A DNA stretch of 64,000 nt from Eledone cirrhosa (Eukaryota), in NCBI GenBank assembly GCA_964016885.1, contig OZ024748.1, forward strand, positions 39,928,001 to 39,992,000, read 5' to 3'. This document shows positions 38,770-50,394 of this stretch, one piece after another. Below the pieces are notes generated by a model. The model saw only the letters and a list, made by a program, of their open reading frames with translations, did no database searches and was not told where the DNA came from. Each line of letters begins with the position of its first letter. Position 1 is the stretch's first letter. The position numbers and the translations under genes are program-made.

Positions 38770-39010
38770 CAGGAGTGGTTTATTTGACCAATACGGTCAA
38801 ACTTCTCTGGACTCGCAGACATACTTGGCATTGCTTCACCAACATAGTAAAACCAACCAGCAGGAGTCCCAGGGGTAGACCCCAAGCAGGATGGATGGAT
38901 AACATCCATGAGCTTGGCTGGTCTTGCTTGGGGATCGAGCCAGATCAGTTGGAGACGGTTGCTTCTGACAGGACCTGCTGGAAGGAGTGTCTGAGGATTC
39001 TGCAACAGCA
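38770..39010 (+). mobile_element. RTE-clade LINE 3' fragment
   Basis: RSPRGRPQAGWMDNI..LGW..LGI...ASDR..W; homologous to 32870-33060. Confidence 0.7.
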
Positions 39011-39014
39011 TTTG

Positions 39015-39375
39015 GAAGATTATACTGAAGACTTGGGCATGTGGAAGAGCTGCATGAAGCTACTGAATGATGAGCAGAAGGAGCGACATGTGCAGGTGCG
39101 TAAGCACATCCTCAAGCATTTTGAAATCAAACCAAACATTTTCCTTTTCCCCAAGCTGAAGAGGGTCATCAGAGGAACCTGAGGTAGAAGCCATGAAGAG
39201 GGCTATATTAGCAGAGCTATGGAGAATTCTGGGTGAATCCATCCAAGAGTGCAGGGAGAAGAAAAATGGGAAATTGTGTTTGACCCAAGGGGGATTATTC
39301 TGAAAAGGAAAACTTCTAGATTTAAAATATTTTATTTTGCAACTTCTGTCCTGTTTCTTTTCTGTCACTCCATAT
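39015..39375 (+). mobile_element. Deleted mariner transposase relic
   Basis: EDLGM.K...KLLNDEQKERHV joined to FLFPKLKRVIRG, both mariner-like motifs. Confidence 0.6.
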
Positions 39376-39382
39376 ATATACA

Positions 39383-39715
39383 TGGCTTAGTGGTTAGAGC
39401 ATTTGCCTTGCAATCGAAAGGTTTGAGTTCAATTCTCAGACCGGGTGATGTGTTGTTTCCTTGAGCAAGACACTTTATTTCACATTGCTCCAGTTTACTC
39501 AGCTGTAGAAATGAGATGATAGGGACTGGGGTCCCTATCATTCCACTGCAAAGTGGTCATGGAGGTGCCACGGCAAAAAAGCACCCAGCACTCACTGTAA
39601 ATGAGGTTGGTGTTAGGAAGGGCATCCAGCTGTAGAAATCAAGCCAGAATCAGTTCCCGTCCTACCCTTGCAAGAAGGGAAAAGTGGACGTAAAATGATG
39701 ATGATGATGATGATA
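39383..39715 (+). mobile_element. Second tRNA-derived SINE family with (ATG)n tail
   Basis: TGGCTTAGTGGTTAGAGC (A box), GAGTTCAATTC (B box), CCTTGAGCAAGACACTT core, AGGAAGGGCATCCAGC and AAGTGGACGTAAAATGATGATG tail. Confidence 0.75.
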
Positions 39716-40478
39716 TATATGGATAATAGGATGAATTTGGTACAACCAATAAATTATAAAGGCAACAAATATTTTCTTGTTTTAATATTGCAGTTTATAC
39801 ATATCTTAAGAAGCAGTATAAGAAAAGCTTACATTTCATTTTCAAACTTAAGTAAAAAATAAAATATATATTTATTTTCAATTTTTAAAATGCGAGCAAA
39901 AACATAAAATCGATTTGAATATTCATCACACATACATATATATACATGTATATTATTTGGAAAAAAAAGGGGGTGGGGTAAAGTTTTATACAAAAAAATG
40001 ATGACCAGTTCGAATATTTGAGAGAAAACTCAAGTATATTCGAACTGCTCAGATATTAAAAAAAATTTTTTTATTAATATTCAATATTTAACATCTAATA
40101 TTTGATAAAATTGTTTTACCAATCGAAACCAGTTATATTTAATGCAACAATTATAAAATTATTCATTCTGTCAGATTAAAGAAAAAATAATCTTTTAATA
40201 TTCCCTGGACTTTGGCAATTTCAACCCCCTACCAACAGTACTGCTGGTTCACTCTGGGTCACAGCGTCTGAGACAAGTCAGAGCGTAGTGTCCAAATAAT
40301 TATTTTAAATTATTCTATGAAAAATAAAAATTAATTACACGTATCTAAATATCACAATTTGTTTTGTTGGATGATCTACCAACTTTGCCATCAACCAGTC
40401 ATTTCTATCAAATAATTTCCAATAATATTTGTGAATATGAAAAGGTAAAGAAAGATCAATATATGTGTGTGTATATAT

Positions 40479-41127
40479 AACGTCTGAAGAGCTCAGGCTG
40501 TCATACCTGATAGTCCTCGGTGAAATATGTATAACGTCTGAAGAGCTCAGGCTGTCATAACTGATAGTCCTCAGTGAAATATGTATAACGTCTGAAGAGC
40601 TCAGGCTGTCATAACTGATAGTCCTCAGTGAAATATGTATAACGTCTGAAGAGCTCAGGCTGTCATAACTGATAGTCCTCAGTGAAATATATATAACGTC
40701 TGAAGAGCTCAGGCTGTCATACCTGATAGTCCTCAGTGAAATATGTATAACGTCTGAAGAGCTCAGGCTGTCATAACTGATAGTCCTCAGTGAAATATGT
40801 ATAACGTCTGAAGAGCTCAGGCTGTCATAACTGATAGTCCTCAGAGAAATATGTATAACGTCTGAAGAGCTCAGGCTGTCATAACTGATAGTCCTCAGAG
40901 AAATATGTATAACGTCTGAAGAGCTCAGGCTGTCATAACTGATAGTCCTCGGTGAAATGTGTATAACGTCTGAAGAGCTCAGGCTGTCATAACTGATAGT
41001 CCTCAGAGAAATATGTATAACGTCTGAAGAGCTCAGGCTGTCATAACTGATAGTCCTCAATGAAATATGTATAACGTCTGAAGAGCTCAGGCTGTCATAA
41101 CTGATAGTCCTCGGTGAAATGTGTATA
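40479..41127 (+). ncRNA. Tandem array of 12 x 54-bp units, each fitting a minimal type I hammerhead ribozyme
   Basis: Unit: acgt-CTGAAGA-GCTCAGGCTGTC-ataact-GATAGTCCTCAGT-GAAA-TATGTAT-A. The tandem repeat itself is certain; the ribozyme call is from the core motifs and manual pairing. Confidence 0.6.
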
Positions 41128-41354
41128 GCAGAGTTTTAAATAAATCTGAATCGACTGATAATGGCCTCCAACCTTTTAATAGTGTGTGTATACATATGAG
41201 ATTGTTTAGCCTTATATACCTTTCCACAATATATATATATAAGTAGAAGTGGTATTTAATTTGTTGGAAGTCCGACAAACATAGATGTTTATAACTGATT
41301 TAGAGCACTCAACAAGTTACTGGAGTAAATATTCAATGATATTAAATAAATGGA

Positions 41355-41730
41355 AACTATATTTATAAAACTATATTTATAAACTATAGTTTTATAAATA
41401 TAGTTTTTTAAATATAGTTTTATAAATATAGTTTATAAATATAGTTTTATAAACTATATTTATAAAACTATATTTATAAAACTATATTTATAAAACTATA
41501 TTTATAAAACTATTTTATAAAACTATTTTATAAAATTATATTTATAAAACTATATTTATAAAACTATATTTATAAAACTATATTTATAAAACTATATTTA
41601 TAAAACTATATTTATAAAACTATTTTATAAAACTATTTTATAAAACTATATTTATAAAACTAAATTTATAAAACTATATTTATAAAACCATATTTATAAA
41701 ACTATATTTATAAAACTATATTTATAAAAT
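41355..41730. repeat. AT-rich 14-bp minisatellite (CTATATTTATAAAA)n
   Basis: Directly visible. Confidence 0.9.
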
Positions 41731-41805
41731 TCCCTATCCAGTGAATTTCCAACCGATAAGGTATGCTTTTCGTGGGTATGTCTCTATTTATAAAACAAAC
41801 TTTGT

Positions 41806-41868
41806 ATTTTATCTGATGAAAGCATACCAATGTTGTCTTGGTTACCCTTGAAATATATATAATAAAAT
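41806..41868 (+). ncRNA. Minimal hammerhead ribozyme-like motif
   Basis: attttat-CTGATGA-...-GAAA-tatatat-A-ataaaat: 7-bp stem I and palindromic stem III. Confidence 0.6.
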
Positions 41869-41908
41869 AAATATGGTTTTATAAATATAGTTTCCAGTTA
41901 TTTAATAT

Positions 41909-41946
<38 letters not shown>

Positions 41947-41978
41947 AGATCAAAAGATGGTTAAAGGAGTTCAATATA

Positions 41979-42045
41979 TTTTATTATGCGCATTTCAAAA
42001 ACAAACATCATCAAACAATAATATTTGTGTTTTCATCAGATAAAA
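41979..42045 (-). ncRNA. Minimal hammerhead ribozyme-like motif
   Basis: Minus strand reads ttttat-CTGATGA-aaacacaaat...gtttgttttt-GAAA-tgcgca-TA-ataaaa, with palindromic stem III ATGCGCAT. Confidence 0.62.
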
Positions 42046-43249
42046 CAGGAGAACATGATATGAAGGCTAAAAAAACACTTGTTGATAGTGCAGTTTTAAA
42101 TCAACATATGAAAAGTGGTTTTAGATTGATGTGTGATATTGGGAAAAATATTTTATTTAGAGAGGGGGGGAGAGAAAAGGATGAAAAGGGAAGGAGATGA
42201 GAGGGAGAGATGGGTGATAGAGAGAAAGAGATAGTTTTTATAACTGAGAGGAGATATATTTTATATAGAGGGGTTGAAAACCGTTGGAAGATACTGTATA
42301 AATTAAAAATTTTGAAAATTAACGAAGGGAGGATATGTGCGAGGAAAAAATATATTATATTTAGGGAGGGGGGGGTGGAAAGGATGAAAAAAAGGGGAGG
42401 AGATGAGAGTGAAGGTGGAAAGGGAGAGATGGGTGATAGAGAGAAAGAGATAGTTTTTATAACTGAGAAAAAGATATAATGTTTTAATATAGAGAGGTTG
42501 GGAACCGTTGGAAGATAATGTATAAATTAAAGGAATTTGAAAATTAACGAAGGGAAATTATGTATGGAGATAGAGAGAAAAAAAAAATAATAATTGTGGG
42601 TGAATATTCTAACGTCAAAAGAAGAAATGTAGGAATTTTAAAATTAGCAAAGAGAAAAAGTTTATGTGTAGAAGGATTTGAGAAAAATAATGTGAAGTTA
42701 AAGTTTGTATATTGAATTCATATGTATTAATAATGAGTTCGTTGATGGGGAGAAAAAAATAATAATAAATTAAGGATGAAATTGAGATTAAAAAGATTTA
42801 TGATAGAGAGAAAAAATAATAATAATGATTGCGGATGAATACTCAAAATGTCAAAAACAAATGTTATTGTGTTACGAGGAGATAGAATGAGGGTGATGAG
42901 TAAACGAGTATTATAGAGTGTATAATGCCCTTTAAAGTAAGGTAGATGGGTATATTTTAAAGAATATATGAGTATATATTAAAAAAAATATATAATAATA
43001 AATTAAGGATGAAATTGAGATTAAAAAGATTTATGATAGAGGGAAAAAATAATAATGATTGCGGATGAATATTCAAAATGTCAAAAACAAATGTTATTGT
43101 TTTACGAGAAGATAGGATGAGGGTAATGAGTAAACGAGTATTATAGAGTGTATAATGCCCTTTAAAGTAAGGTAGATGGGTATATATTAAAAGAGGTGTA
43201 TGTATATGTGCCTTTGAGAAAAGATTCTAAATTGATAAAGAATTGAATA

Positions 43250-43540
43250 TTAACTGTATACTTTGTGAAAAGTTCTATGGAATTTATGCAGGCAGATGGA
43301 AAACAAATCCGAGCGTCTATTTATTATGGATTCTAGGTTAGAGATAATGGTAAATTTTTCATTTAGGCAGAGATTACAGATTTTAGATAGAGAGCTGTTC
43401 AAGTACGAGGATGCAGAAGAAATCTTTTTCCAAAAGATGTTATATTTAATGTTTTTGTCTTTTAAGGACCATATGAGTTCTGAGAGAGCAGTGTTAGTTC
43501 TTTTAAGTTTGTATTTGAAAGATGAATGATGATTATAATC
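43250..43540 (-). mobile_element. Penelope-like (Naiad-type) GIY-YIG C-terminal remnant
   Basis: YNHHSSF...TALSELIWSLK...W...ICNLCLNEK...INRRSDLFSICLHK. The purine-rich duplicated tract 42120-43200 probably belongs to its 3' region. Confidence 0.7.
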
Positions 43541-43619
43541 ATCATTCATCTTTCAAATACAAACTTAAAATACAAACTTAAAAGAACTAATATATATATA
43601 TACGCAGATATATATATAT

Positions 43620-46600
43620 AAAAGACAGCGAGAAGCGAAAACCAACCAAACAGTGAGTGTGTTCTGTTATTAATTCTGGCAATATTACGCAAATATGACC
43701 CTCCCCAAATATAACAATATCTGTTTCGACACACGATTTCATATAAAAAACCTCGCAAAACTAATTCATCGCCGCTATGGCATTAGCTTGTGCCAAGCTG
43801 AAAGGTTATTGAAAGACACTGTTTTCTGTTATATAAAAACTACAATAACAACAGAACAAATCCGCTTCTTAAAACACTGTTTCCTCCAAAACATACACAA
43901 CAAACATATCAAAACAAGTAAATAATTTATTATTGAACAAAACACAAGCTGAACGGCTAAAACACACAATAACAGTTAATATGAAAAGAACAACATACAC
44001 AAAAGTCAACGCACTCTACAGACAAAAACGCGTCAACGGTAAGGAAATCCGAAATCTCATCACAGCAAACGAGAGAGATGACTTCATGAGCGTCATCCGA
44101 CGCGAAACGAAATATGCTCAAAACGAATGCTGTAGGCATTTCAAGAAGAAATTAGAATGGATGAATAAGAAAAAACTACAAGAAAGGAAAATCGAATATT
44201 CTCAAAAATACCCAGATAACATCGACAACATCCGTATGAGTGATGTAAAACTACCGGAAGAATTTACCAATGACCACACAGTAAATGGGAACACTTTAAT
44301 CAGTGAACAAGAACAACAAATCCTAAAGTTACCACCAAAATTTGCCATCTACAAAAAGATTAACCCTATGGAATGCAAAACGGAGCTGGAAAAGTGTTTC
44401 ACAAAAATACGTTGGAATGCAAAGGTAAACAACAACAACAATAATAACGGTAGTAGTAATATAAACAATAACTCTGGGTATAGAAATAACAGCCATAACC
44501 ATAACAATGGCAGGAAAGTGAGAAATAGTGATAATGGCAATAATACTAGCGATAGACAGAACAACAACAACCACAATAATAATAATAATAGAAACGTTAA
44601 CCACAGACACAGCAACAGTGACCACAGTAGTAATAACGGTAACAATACGAACAACAACAACAACAATAACCACAGTGGTAATAATGGAAATAGTACATGT
44701 AGCAACATCAACAAAAACAAGAAATATAATAATAGTAACAACCACAATGGTAGAAATAGCAGTAACAACAACAATAACGGTGAAGTAAACAACAATACAT
44801 CTAGCAACCATAACAATAATAATATTAATGCTAATGATAGAAACAACAACAACCACCATGATAACAATAATAGCAACACACACAACTATGACGATAGAAA
44901 TAACGACAACCCCTTAGAGAAACTATTCTTCAACCCAGCTGACAAAACATATAAGATGGGTAATATCTATCCTACGAGGTTACCCTTTAATAAAAGAGTT
45001 TGCATACCACAGCAAATAGATGACGAGACGGAGGCACAGTTCACCATAGCTAGAAATAAGATTAGACAAGTAGTAGACAGGTACACTATGAGACAGAGCA
45101 GACCAGAGGCCCAACAACTTGGGATAAAACCTGTAGAAGGCTTGGTTAGCCTCAAGCAGCGCACAAGGGATGGTGAGGTAGTGTGTCTACCCACAGATAA
45201 GTCTGGTAGGATGTCAATAGATAGCATGACGAACTACATCGAGGCAATGCAACCCCACATCACCAACACGAGCGAAGTTGCACAACTAACACACGATGGG
45301 AGAGAAAAAATCCTCAACGCTCACATGATGATGTGGACTGACATCCTAAAGCCAAGCAGACGCACTGCCAACAACTTCCAGGCGTCTAACAATGGCATAC
45401 CACCCTTGTATGGGCTCCGCAAAGACCACAAGACAGTCGACGACCCGACAACAGGACCACCAACAAGACCCGTATGCGGAGCTAATATAGCTAGCAACTA
45501 CAGGATCTCCTACTTCCTCTCAATGGTTATACGCCCCATAATCAAGATGTCCCCAGATGTATGTGAAAGTACAGAGGACCTCCTCAGCAGAATCAGTGAG
45601 TGCAACAAAAACAGGAGCCTATCCAACTGCATAATAGGCAGCATGGATGTGGTGTCACTGTACCCATCCATTAACATTGATTTTGCTGTGAAAAGATGTG
45701 TGGAGATGATCATTGAGAGTGAGGTGGAGTTCTGCGACGTCGACACAGACGAACTGGGCCTCCTACATAGACTTACCTACGACACTGACTACCTAGACAG
45801 CCATGACCTTAGATGTTTCTGCCCTAGTAGACCTATAAGAGGTAGACCCCCCACCATAACCTCAATGGCTAAAAAGACTCCCATAGGAAGGTGGATTGGG
45901 TGGACCAAAGCTATACGGACCCCCCAAAACACTGATCAGGTAAGAAAAATGGTCGCACATGCAATAGGGGCTAGTATCAAAACTACCCTAAAGGGCCACA
46001 TATTTAAGTTCAATGAGAAAATCTACACCCAAAATGAGGGAGCAGCCATCGGCGTCAGCATAGCTGGTGATGTTGCCAACCTTTTCATGGTATGGTGGGA
46101 AAGGAGACTTAAAGATCTCCTTAATGAAAGCTCCATAGACCTCATCATGTTCTCTCGTTATGTAGACGATATCAATATAGTTATAAGAACACCCCCACTA
46201 GAGAGCACTAACAAGTTTGATTTAGAACGTAGCACGATGGAAAGCATCCAGCAGATAGCTAATTCCATACACCAGAGTATAACTGTAACTATAGACTTCC
46301 CTTCCAAACACCCTAACAATAGACTACCTGTATTAGACACAGAACTCTGGATTAACACTATAGACGAGAGAGCCCAAATTCTCCACTCACACTATGCTAA
46401 ACCCATGGCCTCCAAATACCTGATACTCAAAAACTCAGCAATGTCCAGTAGTGCTAAGTTTAATATTCTGATCGCAGATTTGGTACGAGTGATGAAGAAT
46501 GTGTCCAGCATGTGCGACCCAACAGAAATGGAAGGACACATCCAACACTTCATCAACCGCATGCAGTTCTCTGGCTACAACCAAAGAGACAGAGTCAGAG

Positions 46601-48165
46601 TATACGAAGGAGCCATGGAAAAGTATAAGACCCTCATAGAACTGGACATGAAAGGAATTTGCCCACTATACAGGAGCAAATCATGGAATAGCTTAGATAG
46701 GGCTAGACATAAGATAGGGAAGGCCACATCATGGTACGACAACCAGAGATATCAGAGTGTCATGTTTGTGGACGCCACCCCTGGAGGGAAATTAGCTAAC
46801 CAGCGTAGAAAGGCCCTGAGAAAGACCCACTTAAAAATAAAGGTGGTAGAAAAGCCAGGAACCACCATAAATTCCCTGATCAGCAAAACCTTCCCTTTTA
46901 AGAAAACCCACTGTACCAATAGGAAATGTATCATTTGTAAGGTGAACCCCCGGATAAACTGTAAAACTAGAAACGTAGTCTATAGCATAAGATGTACAGA
47001 GGGTACTTGCAGAAACATGACAACAACATACATAGGTGAGACAGCTCGTAGCATAGGTGAAAGGATAGACCAACACTGGAGGGAACTAAAAGGACGAAAA
47101 AACGGGTCAGTACTATACGAACATGCTAGACAACAACATGACGGTAACATAGACAACATAGAAATTAGAATAATATCTAAACATAGGAATGACCCAGCAG
47201 ATAGGCAAATCAGAGAGGCCAGTGAAATAGAAATTAGAAGACCAAAGCTAAACAGAAAGAATGAGTGGAACAACAACAACACCCAAACAAACAACACTGA
47301 CCTAAGAGAAGTATAAATAAGTAAATAAAATTAAATAAAATAAGATAAATAAATACATACACAAGCACATAAACACACACTAGTCACCCAGCAGACACAA
47401 CACTATACACACTAGTCACACATCACACATAACACTATACACACACGCAAACGCATGCGCAAAGAAGACAAAATAAAATAAGATAAACAAACAAGCAAAT
47501 AAATAAATAAATATATAGACAGACTGAACAAAAAAAATGGCGTAGACATACAACACAACAGGAGGAACAATGAATATAACACCACTGACGATGTTGCAGA
47601 TGTGCAACGAAAGATTTATGTAAATTATGTAAACTATATATATGTGTTTGTGTCTATATTGTATCTGTATTATTTTTGACCGCCGGTCAGTCAATGGCAA
47701 CATTGAGGACCGAGTAAGTTAGATCGCAGATTTATATATATAAAAGACAGCGAGAAGCGAAAACCAACCAAACAGTGAGTGTGTTCTGTTATTAATTCTG
47801 GCAATATTACGCAAATATGACCCTCCCCAAATATAACAATATATATATATACATATATATATATACACATATATATAATTTCGAAAAAAATATTGAAAAG
47901 AAGATTTTCTTACAGATCGGAGAAGTCCATGGCTGTTTCTTGTCGGTTTGGCAGATGTTTCGTAGAATTGATGTGATTTATGGTATATCACCTCCCACGT
48001 AAATCTCTTACTTGTCGATCGTGGAATAATTATGTCCTAGATAGATAGCGTGTGTGTGTCTGTCTGTATGTATGTATGTATTGAGGCAGAAAGAAAGAGA
48101 GAGAGGCGATAGAAAAGGGAGGGTTTACGTAACAGTGTAGGATATAGAGAAGGCAATTTTAATAA
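43620..48165 (+). mobile_element. Penelope-like retroelement, near intact, with terminal direct repeat (pseudo-LTR)
   Basis: Direct repeat ~43620-43715 / ~47742-47840 flanks the RT-GIY-YIG ORF. The downstream sequence is shared with the truncated copy at 22.5-23.9 kb. Confidence 0.9.
43933..47316 (+). CDS. Penelope-like reverse transcriptase + GIY-YIG endonuclease (1127 aa open) with a long Asn-rich insert
   Basis: PTDKSG, LYGLRKDHK, PTRPV, MDVVSLYPSI, GAAIG, RYVDD, LPVLD; Cys linker CTNRKCIIC (Neptune/Nematis-like); VVYSIRC...YIGETAR..ER..H, R..RE, LN. The N-terminus probably extended into ORF 43695-43925 and is now interrupted. Confidence 0.92.
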   Translation: MNKTQAERLKHTITVNMKRTTYTKVNALYRQKRVNGKEIRNLITANERDDFMSVIRRETKYAQNECCRHFKKKLEWMNKKKLQERKIEYSQKYPDNIDNIRMSDVKLPEEFTNDHTVNGNTLISEQEQQILKLPPKFAIYKKINPMECKTELEKCFTKIRWNAKVNNNNNNNGSSNINNNSGYRNNSHNHNNGRKVRNSDNGNNTSDRQNNNNHNNNNNRNVNHRHSNSDHSSNNGNNTNNNNNNNHSGNNGNSTCSNINKNKKYNNSNNHNGRNSSNNNNNGEVNNNTSSNHNNNNINANDRNNNNHHDNNNSNTHNYDDRNNDNPLEKLFFNPADKTYKMGNIYPTRLPFNKRVCIPQQIDDETEAQFTIARNKIRQVVDRYTMRQSRPEAQQLGIKPVEGLVSLKQRTRDGEVVCLPTDKSGRMSIDSMTNYIEAMQPHITNTSEVAQLTHDGREKILNAHMMMWTDILKPSRRTANNFQASNNGIPPLYGLRKDHKTVDDPTTGPPTRPVCGANIASNYRISYFLSMVIRPIIKMSPDVCESTEDLLSRISECNKNRSLSNCIIGSMDVVSLYPSINIDFAVKRCVEMIIESEVEFCDVDTDELGLLHRLTYDTDYLDSHDLRCFCPSRPIRGRPPTITSMAKKTPIGRWIGWTKAIRTPQNTDQVRKMVAHAIGASIKTTLKGHIFKFNEKIYTQNEGAAIGVSIAGDVANLFMVWWERRLKDLLNESSIDLIMFSRYVDDINIVIRTPPLESTNKFDLERSTMESIQQIANSIHQSITVTIDFPSKHPNNRLPVLDTELWINTIDERAQILHSHYAKPMASKYLILKNSAMSSSAKFNILIADLVRVMKNVSSMCDPTEMEGHIQHFINRMQFSGYNQRDRVRVYEGAMEKYKTLIELDMKGICPLYRSKSWNSLDRARHKIGKATSWYDNQRYQSVMFVDATPGGKLANQRRKALRKTHLKIKVVEKPGTTINSLISKTFPFKKTHCTNRKCIICKVNPRINCKTRNVVYSIRCTEGTCRNMTTTYIGETARSIGERIDQHWRELKGRKNGSVLYEHARQQHDGNIDNIEIRIISKHRNDPADRQIREASEIEIRRPKLNRKNEWNNNNTQTNNTDLREV

Positions 48166-48343
48166 TTGTTTCTACTTTTGGCACAAGGCCAGCAATTATC
48201 CCAGTGTATTACTGGTACTTTATTTTATCGACCCCGTAAGGATGAAAGGCAATGTTTACCTCGGCGGGATTTGAACTCAAACCGTAAAGGGACGTAACTA
48301 TGCTAGAAAGCATGGCGTTCAACCCTCTGCCAATCCACCGCCC
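48160..48343 (-). mobile_element. tRNA-derived SINE
   Basis: Reverse complement of the family core and head. Confidence 0.85.
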
Positions 48344-48354
48344 TTTTATATAAT

Positions 48355-49867
48355 AATATTAATAATAATAATGTCCGATTACAATTGTTTCGCTACTCCA
48401 TATAATATTTCTGGATCAAATGATTATATATCATTATTGATCTGGTTCAGTTGAAAATAATTAACATAGGTAAAGATAGAGCAGCTCCGATGAGCTGCTC
48501 TATCTTTACCTATGTTAATTATTTTCAAAAGGAATATAAATTAAAATAAGGAAAGAATGTTCCATATATTGGTATTTCATTATGGTGACCTGGTACCCAG
48601 TTGTCTGCCATAGTCGAGCAGTATTCTTCTGTCGAGGCTGCATTGTGTGAGATCTGCCTATGGGTAACAAGATGGCCGCCAATGGACATATTTACCTTAC
48701 TAATTAGAGGGTGGTTTCAGGGGAAGTAACTCCTCGAGAGATTAGAAATTGTGGGTAGTTTATAGTTAAGTGCTAATTTTTTTATTTTGAGACAATGTAA
48801 GGGTGGTAACTTATAATTATTTAAGTTAGTTATAGCTATTTAAATTATTAGCTACAAGTAAAAATGGGGCTAGATGACTATGTTGGCGAAGGAATTAGCC
48901 CTTCGGTGTGGACAGCTAATAGTTACCTCCGTTCTATCATTAATCAGTAGAGGTTGTGATAGAGTTATGTAATATGCTTCGGTAAGACAGAGGTCACAAG
49001 ATTTTCTTCGTCCATTGAACGGTTGGGCCCTGAGTGTTAGTGAGTGTTCAATGTTGGTTAATTTAAGGTTTTTAATGAGCCTAGCTAGAGATGTCGAACA
49101 TCTGTTGTTAGGGTTTCAGAAGGAAAAAGAGTGCGCGTTATAGCGTACCTTAAAAGGGTTAGAGGTAGACCCAATATAGGAGCTGGTATGCGAAGCAGTT
49201 TTAACTGTGCACCTATAGACTATGTTGGGTGTCAGGCAATGTCCATTTAGTGGGCATGCATTAGGGTAACGGCAGTTGCAGTTACTTCTGCGGTTAGTGA
49301 GAGTAGGGTTGTTTAACCTAAGCGGTTGGTCAGTGCTAGAAGGATTAGATGGGGGAGGTGTGCTACTAGAGTAAGTATTGGTGTAGTGGCATGGTGTATC
49401 CGATGGGGGGGTGGTACCGCGGTGTGGGAGTTATACTGTCTTAGTTTATGATGGTTACTGAATGTGATGTGGCAAGCTAAGTTAGGTGTTGTGGAGAATG
49501 AGATTTTAATGTTATTTTTATTAAAGAGTTTGTAATATCTATGGTGGGGGGGGATGTTTAGATAGGATAGAGAAGAAGCATTTAGGGATATTAGTGGCTA
49601 GATTAGATGAGAATGGGGGGTTAAGCCAGGTGATATTTCTAGGCATATTCCTTCTAGGGGTTCTAGTGGAGTTGGAACATTACATTTATGTAACATTCTT
49701 TCCTTATTTTAATGTATATTCCTTTTGAAGTTCCGATGAGCTGCTCTATCTTTACCTATGTTAATTATTTTCAACTGAACCAGATCAATAATGATATATA
49801 ATCATTTGATCCAGAAATATTATATGGAGTAGAGAAACAATTGTAAACGGACATTATTATTATTAAT

Positions 49868-49870
<3 letters not shown>
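48355..49870 (-). mobile_element. Naiad-type Penelope remnant bracketed by inverted terminal repeats
   Basis: Minus-strand motifs RNITWLNPPFS (~49610-49645), CNCR..ACPLNGHCL..NIVY...YIGST (~49165-49285) and CDLCLTE (~48980-49000). 48360-48485 is the reverse complement of ~49738-49865. Confidence 0.8.
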
Positions 49871-49899
<29 letters not shown>

Positions 49900-50183
49900 T
49901 ATTTATTCGTTCACAGAATACATAAAAAATTTTTTTTTAATATTTCATGTTTATTAAGATTGTTATACTAATCGAAACTCATTATAATAAATGTAACAAT
50001 TATAAAATTATTCCTTCCGTCGGATTAAAGAAAAAATAATCATTAAGTATTCATCGTCGTCGTCGTCATCATCGTCATCGTCATCTATATATATAATAGA
50101 AAAAATGAGGAAGTTTCATTTACATATGAAAATATATATAAATAGGGATAGAGAGAGGTATGTAGATAGATAGAGAAACACAT

Positions 50184-50215
<32 letters not shown>

Positions 50216-50394
50216 TACTAAGACAAAATACAGGTCTGTACCAGCAAGACATGGTCTCCTGACCCAAGTTATCTCATAACGCAACAAGCCATCTAACATC
50301 CAACACATGCATGTGTGGAAAATGGACCTTAAATGATGATGATTGTAATGATGACACACACAGACACACAATTTAACATCTGTCTTATGAAAAC

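Noticed and set aside
39383-39450. tRNA gene
   Set aside because: A/B boxes continue into a SINE body and tail; no convincing cloverleaf.
40335-41060. 241-aa minus-strand repeat ORF, or a CRISPR-like array
   Set aside because: Units are directly tandem with no unique spacers and no cas genes; the ORF follows from a 54-bp (3n) unit.
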